Shown: positions 31,127 through 41,625, numbered from the stretch's first letter. The stretch is DNA of 64,000 nt from an uncultured Candidatus Rokubacteria bacterium (GCA_963747235.1 CAVVEU010000020.1:96001-160000); one strand, 5' to 3'. The notes: generated by a model from the letters alone, not told the origin. Numbers and translations: made by a program.

Positions 31127-31165
31127 AAAAAACCCCGGGGAACCGCGCCAGGCTTCCCCGGGGCC
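31127..31165 (-). terminator. Rho-independent terminator of the RRM gene
   Basis: Minus strand GGCCCCGGGGAAGCC-TGGCGC-GGTTCCCCGGGGTT followed by TTTT, about 10 nt after the stop. Confidence 0.8.
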
Positions 31166-31174
31166 GAAGTCGCG

Positions 31175-31516
31175 TTACCGGCGCCAGCCGCCTCCGCCGC
31201 CTCCGCCGGGCCGCCCACCACCGCCGCCACCCCGAGGGCCGCCGCCACCGCCGCCACCGGTACGCTGGGGCTGGGGCCGGGCCTCGTCGACGACGAGGTT
31301 GCGATCCCTGAAAAGTCGACCGTTTAGCATCTCGATGGCCTTGGCGAGCTCTTCCTTGGTCGCCATCTCGACGAAGCCGAAGCCTCGGGGCCTGCCGGTG
31401 AACTGATCGGTGACAATGCGGACGGACTCGACCGTCCCGGCCTGCTGGAAGAGCTCACGCAGGTCTTCTTCTGTCGCCTGGAAGGAGAGATTGCCGACGA
31501 AAAGCTTTGCAGGCAT
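31175..31516 (-). CDS. RRM (RNP-1) RNA-binding protein with Gly-rich tail
   Basis: KLFVGNL (RNP2), RGFGFVEM (RNP1), VVDEARP, GGGGGG tail; AGGAGG RBS. Confidence 0.95.
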   Translation of the reverse strand: MPAKLFVGNLSFQATEEDLRELFQQAGTVESVRIVTDQFTGRPRGFGFVEMATKEELAKAIEMLNGRLFRDRNLVVDEARPQPQRTGGGGGGGPRGGGGGGRPGGGGGGGWRR

Positions 31517-31631
31517 TGCCGAACCTCCTGCCGCGATCAGGACCGAGTAGACTCCCCCCCGGCTCACCAGCGGCGTCAAGGAAAGCCATCCGCTCATGGG
31601 CCTCGCCAGGCGGGCCCGCAGCGTGGCCGCT

Positions 31632-31660
31632 ACCCTACTGATGGTCCGACCACCTGTCAA
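31632..31660 (-). promoter_or_regulatory. Sigma70-type promoter of the RRM gene
   Basis: TTGACA (31660-31655), 17 nt, TAGGGT (31637-31632), with an AT-rich region upstream. Confidence 0.65.
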
Positions 31661-31740
31661 GCGAATCTTCCGGCAGAATGTTCTTTATTTCACTACGTTA
31701 TGCCCTTACTGGGTGTGCTGTTCAGGGCAACAAAACTTGC

Positions 31741-32535
31741 TCAGAGATACACGCCTCGTGTGATGCCGCCGTCCACCGTGATGGTGATCCCGGTCAGGTA
31801 CGAGGCCCGCTCGGACGCGAGAAAGCACACGACGTCGGCAACTTCTTCCGGCAGCGCGATGCGGCCGAGTGGAAATTCCTGACTACGTTCTTTTACGTAG
31901 TGCTCCGCGTCCTGCCCCGCCGCCTTCGCCTGCTGCACCATGAGGCTGTCCCAGCGCTCGGTCTTGACCGGCCCCGGCGACACGCCGGTGACCAGCACCT
32001 TCGACTTCACGGCCAGGTCGGAGAGCGCCTTGGTGAAGTTGATCAGCGCGGCGTTGGCGGTGCCGCCCATCATGTAGGTGACCGCGGGGTTGCGCGCGGC
32101 GGCGCCCACCACGTTGACGATGCGGCCGCCGCCCTGGCGCTGCATGTGCGGGAGCACCTCGCGCGCCATGCGGATGTAGCCGAGGAGCTTGAGGCTCCAT
32201 CCGTCGAGCCACTCCTCGTCCGGCGTCGCGAGAAAATCGCCGCCCTTGATCGCGCCCGCGTTGTTCACGAGGATGTCGAGGCGACCGAGCCGCGTCACCG
32301 CGTCCTTCGCCACCCGCACCACCTCGGCGTGCCGGCTCAGGTCCGCGGAGATGGTCTCCACGTGGCCGCCGGTCGCGCGCTCGACGTCCGCGGCGGCCTG
32401 CTTGAGGGTGTCCGCGTCGCGCGAGCAGATCATCACGCGCGCGCCCTCCGCGGCGAGCGATCGCGCGACCGCGCGGCCGATGCCCTTGCTGCCGCCGGTG
32501 ACCAGTGCCGTCTTGCCCTTGAGCCCGAGATCCAT
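31741..32535 (-). CDS. SDR family oxidoreductase
   Basis: TGGSKGIG, LVNNAG, SPGPVKT, VDGG; atypical active site (YMMGGTAN). Confidence 0.9.
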   Translation of the reverse strand: MDLGLKGKTALVTGGSKGIGRAVARSLAAEGARVMICSRDADTLKQAAADVERATGGHVETISADLSRHAEVVRVAKDAVTRLGRLDILVNNAGAIKGGDFLATPDEEWLDGWSLKLLGYIRMAREVLPHMQRQGGGRIVNVVGAAARNPAVTYMMGGTANAALINFTKALSDLAVKSKVLVTGVSPGPVKTERWDSLMVQQAKAAGQDAEHYVKERSQEFPLGRIALPEEVADVVCFLASERASYLTGITITVDGGITRGVYL

Positions 32536-32559
32536 CGCGTGACTCCTTTCGGTGAGCGA

Positions 32560-33106
32560 TCAGCTCCGCGGCTTCTCGCGCGCGAGCAGAGCGTCGAACG
32601 TCTCCACGGGCAGGCTCTCCGCCCAGTCCCGCCCCTCGGAGTCGCGGCCGTAGTACTCGGCCATGTAGACGCGCGCTTCCGGCTTCGTCCGGAACATGCG
32701 CCAGATGTGCGCGGCGGTGCCGCCGGGCCGCCGCAGGTAGAAGATGGGATCCGCGGGACCGGTCGGCTCGTACACGGTGCGCTGGCCGAACTGATCGTAG
32801 CGTGATCCAGGCCACCGCGATGCCGCGCGCCGACAGCACCCGCGCCCGTAGCGACTCCTCGAGCGGCAGCGACTCCACGTCCGAGAGGCGCGGGCCGTAG
32901 TAGACGGGTACCGCCGCCGCGTCCACCGAGCACGCGATGGGCAGCGCGCCGCCCGCGGCCTCCAGCAGGGCACGGGCCTCGTCGCCCACCCAGGCCTGAC
33001 CGGCGGTGTAGAGATCGGGCCAGGCCTCGAGCAGCCGGCCCGGCGGCAGCAGCTTGCGCCGCTTCGCGACTTCGCCTGCGTCGGACAGCGCGTGCAGTCG
33101 CGCCAT
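32560..33106 (-). CDS. Hypothetical protein (about 180 aa after repairing one frameshift near 32800)
   Basis: MARLHALSD...YYGPRLSD...AWIT joined to YDQFGQRTVYEP...AEYYGRDSEGRDWAESLP; globular composition; tightly coupled to neighbours. Confidence 0.65.
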
Positions 33107-33112
33107 CGCGGC

Positions 33113-33763
33113 TCAGTCCCCCGCCGGGAAGCGAGGCACGCGGCTCCAGTCGAACCGCGCGGGCGCCTCCGCGCCGAGCGCCTGGATCTCGCCGAGGCAT
33201 CGGGCCACCGCGGCCGCGAAGCCGTTCGTGTCCCGACCGTCCAGCCGGTGGCCCGCGAGCTTGGTGGCGCCGTCGCGCAGGAGCGCGCGCGCGCCCTCGA
33301 GATTGCGGTTGGCCAGGTGCTGGAAGCCCACCGCGACCTGGATGAGGCCCTGCAGCGCCTCGCGCTCCGCGCCCTCGGCGCGCATCCAGAACGGCTCCAG
33401 CACCTCGTGGGTCTCGAAGTAGAGGCCGGCCTCGAAGAGCGTGGCCGCTTCCGCGAGGCCCACCGGGAGCGGCGGATCCGCGGCCGCGAGCGGCCGGGCC
33501 GCGAGGGCGCGCGCGGCGCGGGCCGCGCGCTCGCCGAAGGCGGCGGCGTGAGCGCCGAAGCCCGCGCGGATGCGCCAGCCGTCGGCGCGGCTCTCGAAGA
33601 GCTCGGCCGGGAATCCCTCGGGCGGCGGCGCGGCGGGATCGAGCGCGCGCGGATCGGCGCACACCGCGGCGACCGCCTCGAGGCCGCGCCGCGCGGCGCC
33701 GTCGTGGAGCGCGTCGAGGATGAGATCGGCGAGGCGGTTGCGCAAGGGCAGCGGCAGCGTCAC
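33113..33763 (-). CDS. DUF309 domain protein
   Basis: LFEAGLYFETHEVLEPFW...LQGLIQVAVGFQH...GARALL pattern. Confidence 0.85.
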   Translation of the reverse strand: MTLPLPLRNRLADLILDALHDGAARRGLEAVAAVCADPRALDPAAPPPEGFPAELFESRADGWRIRAGFGAHAAAFGERAARAARALAARPLAAADPPLPVGLAEAATLFEAGLYFETHEVLEPFWMRAEGAEREALQGLIQVAVGFQHLANRNLEGARALLRDGATKLAGHRLDGRDTNGFAAAVARCLGEIQALGAEAPARFDWSRVPRFPAGD

Positions 33764-34284
33764 GGTCTGCGGGAGCGCCGGCCCGCGAGGCGCCGATGCG
33801 CCGCGCGGATCTGCTCGAGGTGGTTCAGGTCGTGCTCGGCCCAGTGATCGAGGAGCTGCGGGATCGTGAGCCGGCCGTACTCCGGGTGCCGCCCGTGCTG
33901 CTTCTTCTGCGCCGCGCTGAGGCGACCGACGTAGGCGAGGTTCGAACGGCGCAGGGCCACGAAGGTGGCGAGCGCCTCGCCCGGCGGCGTGCGCCGGTAG
34001 CCGCCGCCGTCCGCCCAGCGGTCCTGATCCCACGCCACGAGCACCTCCCGCGGCTCCGCCGCGATCTTGCGGATGCGGAACGCGAGCGCGATCTCCGCGT
34101 CGGCCAGGTGGCTCAGCACCTCGGCCACCGCCCACTCCCCTCGCCCGGGCCGACGGGCTACCAGCCGTCGCGGGACGCGACGGAGCGCGCGCGCGAGCCG
34201 GGCCGGCGCCCGGCGCAGCGCGACCAGGGGGCGGATGGAGCCGAGGTGAGCGTGGGGGGCCCGGCACATCGGGCAGGTCGCCAA
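33760..34284 (-). CDS. DinB/YfiT family metal-binding protein
   Basis: EWAVAEVLSHLADAE, WDQDRWA, GRHPEYG, EHDLNHLEQI; TTG start with GGAGG RBS. Confidence 0.85.
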   Translation of the reverse strand: MATCPMCRAPHAHLGSIRPLVALRRAPARLARALRRVPRRLVARRPGRGEWAVAEVLSHLADAEIALAFRIRKIAAEPREVLVAWDQDRWADGGGYRRTPPGEALATFVALRRSNLAYVGRLSAAQKKQHGRHPEYGRLTIPQLLDHWAEHDLNHLEQIRAAHRRLAGRRSRRP

Positions 34285-34295
34285 GGGAGCCTCCT

Positions 34296-34940
34296 TCAGG
34301 TGACGTGCTCGACGCGGGTGCCCGCGATGAGATCGTGCAGCGCGCGCTTGTCGGCGCGGAAGGCGGCGATCAGGTAGCCGATGCCGAGGATGGCCGCGGA
34401 GAGCCAGGAGCCGAGATGGCGGAGCACGGATAGCCCGAACGGCAGCGGCGCCCCGTTCAGCATGACGACGCGGATGCGGAAGGCCATCTTGCCGAGGGTC
34501 TGGCCGCGGGCCCAGTGCAGGAACACGAAGTAGCAGGGGCTCGCCAGGAAGCGGAACGCGCGCGAGGCCGCGGCGGCCAGCCGGTCGTCGGTCAACGCCC
34601 AGAGGAGAAAGCCGAAGACCACCTCCGCCGCCATCACCAGGACCACGTCGATGAGCACGGCCCCGGCGCGGGTCCAGAACCCGGCCGGGTGAATGGCGCC
34701 GGTGGCCATCGGGGTCGGGGCCCGCGGAGCCTCCGTCGTCGTGGCCCGTGCCGCGTCCGGCGAGCTGCTGGGCGAAGCGCTGGCGGAGATGGCGGGCGGC
34801 GTGGGCGGTACGACCGCCGGCGCGGGCATCGCGCTCACCGCGGCCAGGTCGGCGCGGTAGCGGGCCACGTCCACGCCGCAGCGCGGACAGTGCGTGCCGT
34901 CGGCCGGCGACCAGGCGCATTGCGGGCATGACGACGCCAT
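34296..34940 (-). CDS. RDD family membrane protein with N-terminal zinc ribbon
   Basis: CPQC...CPRC, AGFWTRAGAVLID, GQTLGK, RALHDLIAGTRV. Confidence 0.9.
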   Translation of the reverse strand: MASSCPQCAWSPADGTHCPRCGVDVARYRADLAAVSAMPAPAVVPPTPPAISASASPSSSPDAARATTTEAPRAPTPMATGAIHPAGFWTRAGAVLIDVVLVMAAEVVFGFLLWALTDDRLAAAASRAFRFLASPCYFVFLHWARGQTLGKMAFRIRVVMLNGAPLPFGLSVLRHLGSWLSAAILGIGYLIAAFRADKRALHDLIAGTRVEHVT

Positions 34941-35005
34941 CGGCGCGTATCGTAGCACGCGCATCGCACGGCGGGGGATGCGGGCGGCCGGGTATAATGC
35001 GCGTG

Positions 35006-36208
35006 ATGATTTCCGTCGCGGACGCGCAGGCCCGCATCCTCGCGCAGGTGACCCGGATCGCGCCGCCCGAGGTGGCCGCGGTGGGCGCCTGCCTCGGCCG
35101 CGTGCTCGCCGAGGACGTGCGCGCCTCCTTCGACGTCCCGCCCACCGCCAACTCCGCGGTGGACGGCTACGCGGTCCGCTCGGAGGACATTCCCTCGGCC
35201 GGGCGCCGCGAGCTCACCGTGGTGGCCGAGCTCGCCGCGGGCGCGGTCTTCGACGGCACGATCGGGCCCGGCGAGGCGCTCCGCATCATGACCGGCGCGC
35301 CGATGCCCGCGGGCGCGGGCACCGTGTACCCGCAGGAGATCGTGGAGCGGAGCGGGCGCTCCGTGCGCATCGGCGCCGGCCCCGCGGGCGTCAACGTGCG
35401 CCACCGCGGCGAGGACGTGCAGGCCGGCTCGGTGGTGCTGACCGCGGGTACCGCGCTCCGGCCGCAGGAGCTGGGCGTCGCCGCCTCGCTCGGGCTGCCC
35501 CAGCTCCTCGTGCACCAGCGGCCGCGCGTGGCGATCCTCTCCACCGGGGACGAGGTCGCCGAGCCGGGCGAGACGCGCAAGCCGGGCCAGATCTTCGACT
35601 CGAACCGCTTCTCCCTGCACGGCCTGGTCCACGCCGCGGGCGGGCAGACCACCGATCACGGCATCGTCCCCGATCTCTACGACGTGCTGCACGCGCGCCT
35701 GCGCGCCGCCGCGGCCACCGCGGACGTGGTGATCACCTCGGGCGGCGTGTCGGTCGGCGATCACGATCTGGTGAAGGCGGTGCTCCAGGACGCGGGCGGG
35801 ATCGACTTCTGGCAGGTGGCGATGCAGCCCGGCCGGCCGCTCGCGGCGGGCCGGATCGGGTCGGCGCTCTTCTTCGGCCTGCCCGGCAACCCGGTGGCCT
35901 CGATGCTGACGTTCCACCTCTTCGTGCGGCCCGCGCTGTGGAAGCTCGCGGGGCGCCGCGAGCTCTTCCCGCCCCGCTTCCACGCGGTGGCGATGGAGGC
36001 GATGGGCAAGAAGCCGGGCCGGCGGGAGTTCAAGCGCGGCATCCTCTCCTACCGCGGCGAGCGCTGGGAGGTGCGCATCACCGGGCCCCAGGGCTCCGGC
36101 ATCCTCACCTCGATGACGCTGGCCAACTGCTTCGTGGTGATCGAGGAGGAGCGCGGCGACGTGGCGGCGGGCGATACCGTGTCCGTCGAGCCGTTCGCGC
36201 TGGCCTGA
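35006..36208 (+). CDS. moeA: Molybdopterin molybdotransferase MoeA
   Basis: GRVLAED, SAVDGYA, RIMTGAP, STGDE, SGGVSVGDHD, PGRP, GLPGNP, QGSGIL. Confidence 0.95.
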   Translation: MISVADAQARILAQVTRIAPPEVAAVGACLGRVLAEDVRASFDVPPTANSAVDGYAVRSEDIPSAGRRELTVVAELAAGAVFDGTIGPGEALRIMTGAPMPAGAGTVYPQEIVERSGRSVRIGAGPAGVNVRHRGEDVQAGSVVLTAGTALRPQELGVAASLGLPQLLVHQRPRVAILSTGDEVAEPGETRKPGQIFDSNRFSLHGLVHAAGGQTTDHGIVPDLYDVLHARLRAAAATADVVITSGGVSVGDHDLVKAVLQDAGGIDFWQVAMQPGRPLAAGRIGSALFFGLPGNPVASMLTFHLFVRPALWKLAGRRELFPPRFHAVAMEAMGKKPGRREFKRGILSYRGERWEVRITGPQGSGILTSMTLANCFVVIEEERGDVAAGDTVSVEPFALA

Positions 36209-36212
36209 GCCC

Positions 36213-37785
36213 ATGCCCCACGGAATCGAGACCGGGCTGATCGAGACCGTCACCCCGATGGTGCGCGAGCTGGTCACCACCCACGCCCGGGCGCTCGCGG
36301 ATCTTCACTATGCCGACGTGCGGCTCGAGATCAGCGAGGGCAAGTTCGCGGGCGCGGAGAACGGGGAGGCCAAGACCTCCGGCGACGACTACGCCTTCGC
36401 CCTCGGGATCCGCGTCCTCGCGGGGCGCCGCATGACCGCGCCCGGCTACTTCGGCCGCGGGCTCGGCGCGGCGGATGTCCCGCACCTGGCCCGGCTGCTG
36501 CGCGAAGGCCTGATGGCCGCCTACCGGCGCGCGATGGCCAACGCGGAGATGAAGGCGGAGGTGAAGGGCAAGTTCGGCTCGCTGGGCGACGCGCTCACCG
36601 ACACCCGGCTGCACCCGATCGCGGTGCGGCAGGAGGTGGTGCCGGCCGTCTTCGAGGTGGACCCGCGAGGCGTCGCGCTCGACGACATGCAGCGCCTCAC
36701 CACCGACGTGTCCCGGCGGGTCGCCGGCTTTCACGCGAGCGCGTCCTACAACTACATCTCCACGATGACGCAGCTCAGCCGCGAGCTCTTCGCCTCCTCC
36801 GAGGGCGCGGTCATCGACCAGTCCTTCGCGCTCACCCAGGGCATGTGCTACGTGGTGGCGACCGGGGCCGACAACAGCCAGGAGATCTACGACGTGCTCG
36901 GCCACCAGCGCGGCTGGGAGATCCTCACCCGGGGCGTCGCCGAGCCGCTGATCGAGTTCCCGCCCTTCCCGGAGTTCGCCCTCGCGCTGGCCGCGCGACG
37001 CGGTGGAGCTGGCCGCCGCGCCCGCGCTCGTGGCTCCCGACGGGGAGGTGCCGGTCGTCACCGACCCGCACTACAACACCCTGCTCTCCCACGAGATCGT
37101 GGGCCACCCGGTGGAGCTCGACCGCGGGCTCAAGATGGAGACCGCGTACGCGGGGCGCTCCTGGCTGCTGCGCGGCCTCGACGACACCCAGCTCGGCAAG
37201 CGCATCGCCTCGCCGCTGGTGAGCGCGTTCTCCGACCCGTCCCTGCCCGGCTACGGCCACTACGCCTACGATCACGAGGGCACGCCGGCGCGCCGGGTCG
37301 TCCACATCGACCGCGGGCGTGTTCACCGGCTTCATGAACAGCCGGCAGACCGCGGCGGTCTTCGGCGGCGATCCGAACGGGCACTGGAAGGCCACCGACG
37401 CGCTCGCTGGTCCCGCTGGTCCGCATGTCCTCCACCGTGTTCGCGGGCGGAGATCGAGACCCGGCGGATCTCATCCGCGAGATCGACCACGGCTACTTCC
37501 TGGTCGGCCACCGGACGCCGTCCATCGCGGAGAGCCGCGAGAACTTCCGCATCACCGCCCGCAAGATCTACGAGATCCACCGGGGCCAGATCGGCCGGCT
37601 CTACCGTGACGGCGGCATCATGGCGGACAGCCGCGACTTCCTCATGCACGTGGACGGGGTCGGCCGCGACTTCCGGCTCTACCCGATTCCCGAACTGCGG
37701 CAAGGGCCAGCCCATGCAGACGCGCAAGCTCGGCAACGGCGGCCCCACCCTGCGCAGCCGCGCCATCGTGACCGGCGGAGCCTGA
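36213..37785 (+). CDS. TldD family metalloprotease, divergent paralogue, frameshifted
   Basis: YADVRL, GIRVL, HEIVGHPVELDR (HExxGH), DHEGTP, RMSST, NCGKGQP...GNGGP. Confidence 0.8.
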
Positions 37786-37789
37786 GCGC

Positions 37790-39343
37790 GTGGATCTCAC
37801 GCGGGCGGTCCGGGAGGCGCTCGCCCGCCTCGCCGCCGAGCCCGGGGTGCGTGAGGTCGAGGTCTTCGCCGCCTTCAACCGCTCGCTGTTCACCCGGCTG
37901 AACTACACCTCGCACATCCCCTGCAACGGCGTGGAGGAGCCCAAGTCCACCGAGATGGCGGGGCTCGGGGTCCAGGCGGTGTTCGACGGCCCCGACGGCC
38001 GGCCGCTGATCGGCTTCGGCTCGGAGCCGAGCGATCTCACCGCGGACGGCGCGCTGCGGGCGCTCGCGAAGGCGCGGCAGGCCGCGGTGCACGATCCCGA
38101 GTTCCGCTCCCTGCCGCGCCCCACCGGCGCGCCGCGGGCCCTCGCGAGCTATCACGATCCGCGGCTCATGAACGTGGAGGACGCGCGAGCTGGTGGAGGC
38201 GGGCTGGAAGGTGATCACCGGCGGGCTGCGCGCCTTCATGGCGTCGTCCCGGCTCGCCGACCTGGTGCCCGACGAGGCGGGGCTCAAGCGGCTCGGGCTC
38301 ATCCTGGGCGGCGACGTGAGCATCCTCCAGTCGCGCATCGCGATCGCCTCCAGCGCGATGCCCGAGCCCCAGGCCGACGACTCGCGCGTTCATGTCGGCC
38401 TCGGCCACCGGCATGGTCGAGGCGCGCGACGCCAAGGGCTCCGGGTGGTCCATCACCACGCGGCTCGAGCACTTCACCGACGAGGCCGGCGGCGGAAGCG
38501 GCGGGCAACGCGGTGGCCGCGATGGACGGCGAGCGGGTGCCCTCGGGCGACTACACGGTGATCTTCGGGCCGCAGCCGGTGGCCGATCTCTGCAACAACC
38601 TGATCGTCCCGTCCTGCCACGCCGGCTCGTTCTATTCCTCCAGCACCCCGTTCCTGGGCCGGCTCGGCCGCGTCGTCGCGGCGCGCGGGCTCAGCATCTA
38701 CGACCACGGGGCCATGCCGGGACTGGCCGGCTCGCGCGGCATCACCTGCGAGGGGCTGCCCACCGGCCGCACCGACCTGATCAAGGACGGCGTGCTGGTC
38801 GGGCTGCTCAGCCACTGGTACGACACGCAGCGGCTGCTCCACGATCCGGCCGCGCGCGAGAAGCTCGGGATGGATCCGGCCGCCGCGGCGCCCGCGCTCG
38901 CGCCGCGGAACGGCTTCCGTGGCGACGGCGGGTCGGGCCGCTCCTTCGAGGGCACGCCGGGCACGTCGGCGTCCAACGTCATCGTCGAGGGCGCGGATCC
39001 GGTCTCGCTCGAGGATCTCGCCGCGCGCGTGGGCCACGGCCTCTACGTGGGCCGCATCTGGTACACGTACCCGATCAACGGGTTGCGGGCCGGTGACTTC
39101 ACTTGTACGGTGGTGGGGGATTCCTTTATCATCCGCGACGGCCGGATCGCGGGACCGCTCAAGGCGAACACGATCCGGATCAACGACAACGTGACGCGGC
39201 TGCTGGGAGCCGTCGTCGGCACCACCAAGGACGCGCGCGGCACGCCGCTGTGGGCGGCCGACGAGGTCGTGTACGCCCCCGCGATCGCGGTGACCGGCGT
39301 GCACGTGGATGCGATCGCAGGCTTCATGGAGGGATTGGACTGA
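37790..39343 (+). CDS. PmbA/TldE family protein, divergent paralogue, frameshifted
   Basis: GDYTVIFGPQPVA, LSIYDHG, CEGLPT...LIKDGVL, GDFT, IRDGRIAGP; no HExxGH. Confidence 0.75.
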   Translation: MDLTRAVREALARLAAEPGVREVEVFAAFNRSLFTRLNYTSHIPCNGVEEPKSTEMAGLGVQAVFDGPDGRPLIGFGSEPSDLTADGALRALAKARQAAVHDPEFRSLPRPTGAPRALASYHDPRLMNVEDARAGGGGLEGDHRRAARLHGVVPARRPGARRGGAQAARAHPGRRREHPPVAHRDRLQRDARAPGRRLARSCRPRPPAWSRRATPRAPGGPSPRGSSTSPTRPAAEAAGNAVAAMDGERVPSGDYTVIFGPQPVADLCNNLIVPSCHAGSFYSSSTPFLGRLGRVVAARGLSIYDHGAMPGLAGSRGITCEGLPTGRTDLIKDGVLVGLLSHWYDTQRLLHDPAAREKLGMDPAAAAPALAPRNGFRGDGGSGRSFEGTPGTSASNVIVEGADPVSLEDLAARVGHGLYVGRIWYTYPINGLRAGDFTCTVVGDSFIIRDGRIAGPLKANTIRINDNVTRLLGAVVGTTKDARGTPLWAADEVVYAPAIAVTGVHVDAIAGFMEGLD

Positions 39344-40240
39344 TGGCGAATCCGGACCTGGCGAAGCTCGAGTCCATCGCCCGCGAGGGGCGGGCGCAGA
39401 TCATCCGGATGCTCACCCACGCGGGGTCGGGACATCCCGGGGGCTCGCTCTCCGTGATCGACATCCTCACCACCCTCTTCTTCAACCGCATGCGCTACGA
39501 CCCCAAGCGTCCCGTGTGGGACGACCGCGATCGCTTCGTGCTCTCCAAGGGCCACTGCGTGCCCGCCCAGTACTACTGCATGGCGCGGGCCGGCTACTTC
39601 CCGATGGACCGCCTCATCACCCTGCGCAAGCTCGGCAGCCCGCTCCAGGGGCATCCCGACCGCGTGATGCTGCCCGGGCATCGAGGCCGCGACCGGCTCG
39701 CTCGGCCAGGGCCTGTCGGTGGCGATGGGCATGGCGCTCGGGCTCAAGCTCGGGGGCAAGGGCGCGCGCGTCTACTGCGTGATGGGCGACGGCGAGATCC
39801 AGGAGGGCCAGGTGTGGGAGAGCCTCATGTCCGCGCCGAAGCTCGGCGCGCCCGACCATCACCTGGACAATCTCTGCGTGATCCTCGACTACAACGGCAT
39901 CCAGCTCGACAACTTCGTGAAGAAGATCCTCGATCTCGAGCCGGTGACCGACAAGCTCAAGTCCTTCGGCTGGCCGGTGCTCGAGGTCAACGGCCACGAC
40001 ATCCCCCAGATCGACAAGGCCCTGGACCAGGCCGAGGCCACCAAGGGCGGCCCCACGTTCATCGTGGCCCACACGATCAAGGGGAAGGGCGTGTCCTTCA
40101 TGGAGAACGATCCGGAGTGGCACGGCAAGGCGCCGAAGCCCGAGGAGGCGGTGCGGGCGGTCCAGGAGATCGCGGGCAGCCCGACGCCGGCGTGGGCCGC
40201 GCCGATCATCGCGGAGCTGTCCGCCCTGGGGAAGAAGTGA
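39343..40240 (+). CDS. Transketolase, N-terminal (ThDP-binding) subunit, one frameshift
   Basis: GSGHPGGSLS, RDRFVLSKGH, LQGHP, TGSLGQG, GDGEIQEGQVWE, TIKGKG, WHG. Confidence 0.92.
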
Positions 40241-41167
40241 TGGCGGCCAAGGCCTCGCGCGCCGCGTTCGGAGAGGCGCTGATCGAACTGGGCGCCAAGG
40301 ATGAGAGAATCGTCACCGCTCGACGCCGATCTCTCCAAGTCCACCATGACCGCGGGCTTCGCCAAGAAGTACCCGGGGCGCGCCTTCAACCTGGGCATCG
40401 CCGAGTCCGGCATGATCGGCGTGGCCGCGGGGCTGGCCCTGGCCGGCCACGTGCCCTTCGCGTGCTCCTTCGCCTGCTTCCTGGTCGGCCGCTTCGAGAC
40501 GATCCGGGTCTCGGTCGCGTACACCGACGCGCCGGTCAAGCTGGTCGGCACCCACGTGGGCGTGGCCATCGGCGAGGACGGCTACACCCAGATGGGTCTC
40601 GAGGACATCGCCTGCCTGCGCTCGCTGCCGAACATCCCGATCATCCAGCCCGCCGACGAGCTCGAGACCAGGCAGGCGGTCGCCTACGCGGTCGAGCATC
40701 CGGGGCCGCTCTATCTCCGGCTCACCCGGCAGAACCTCGAGCCGGTCCACGACGCGGCCTACCGCTTCCAGTTCGGGAAGGCCGACGTGCTGCGCCCGGG
40801 TCACGACGTGACGCTGCTGGCCACCGGCGGCCCGGTCTGGAACACGCTCGAGGCCGCGAAGAAGCTCGCGGCCGAGGGGATCCAGGCCGAGGTCATCAAC
40901 GTCGCCACCATCAAGCCGCTCGACGAGGCGGCCATCCTCCGCTCGGCGGGCCGCACCGGCCACGTCATGACGGTGGAGGACCACAGCATCCACGGCGGCC
41001 TCGGCAGCGCGGTGGCGGAGCTGCTCGGCGAGGTGATGCCCACGCCGATGAAGCGGATCGGGGTGACGACGTTCGGGGAGTCGGGCGACTACAAGGGCCT
41101 CTACGCCAAGCACGGCCTCGACGCCGACGGCATCGCGGGAGCGGTGAGAAAGTTCCTCGGCCGCTAG
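40240..41167 (+). CDS. Transketolase, C-terminal subunit, one frameshift
   Basis: LDADLSKST, GIAES, GEDGYTQ, GPLYLRL, TIKPLD, EDHSIHGGLGSAV, FGESG. Confidence 0.92.
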
Positions 41168-41178
41168 ACCGGTCACGC

Positions 41179-41625
41179 GTGATCGCCGCGGTCGTCTCGT
41201 CGCTGCACCTGCTCGCCCTCGCCATCGGACTGCCGGCGGTGTTCCTGCGGGGCCGCGCGCTCAAGGGGCAGCTCGACGGGGACGGGGTGCGCCGCCTGCT
41301 GGCCGCCGACAATGCCTGGGGTGTCGCGGCGGTGCTCTGGATCGTCACCGGGCTGCTGCGCGCCTTCGGCGGGCTCGAGAAGGGCAGCGAGTTCTATCTG
41401 CGCTCGCCGCTCTTCTGGGTCAAGATGGCGCTCTTCCTCGCGATCCTCGTGCTCGAGGTCCGTCCCATGATCACGTTCATCCGCTGGCGCATCCAGCTCG
41501 GCCGCGGGCTCCCGGTGGACACGGCGGCGGCGCGGGGCCTCTACACCGTGAACCACATCGAGCTGGCGCTCGTGGTCGTCATGGTGTTCGTGGCCTCCAT
41601 GATGGCCCGCGGGATCGGGTTCTAG
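41179..41625 (+). CDS. DUF2214 family membrane protein
   Basis: LHLLAL, ADNAWGVAA, TGLLRAF...EKGSEFY, FWVKMALF, MMARGIG. Confidence 0.85.
   Translation: MIAAVVSSLHLLALAIGLPAVFLRGRALKGQLDGDGVRRLLAADNAWGVAAVLWIVTGLLRAFGGLEKGSEFYLRSPLFWVKMALFLAILVLEVRPMITFIRWRIQLGRGLPVDTAAARGLYTVNHIELALVVVMVFVASMMARGIGF

Noticed and set aside
36213-39343. RiPP biosynthetic cluster around the divergent TldD/PmbA
   Set aside because: No precursor peptide, YcaO, RRE, SPASM radical SAM or dedicated exporter adjacent.
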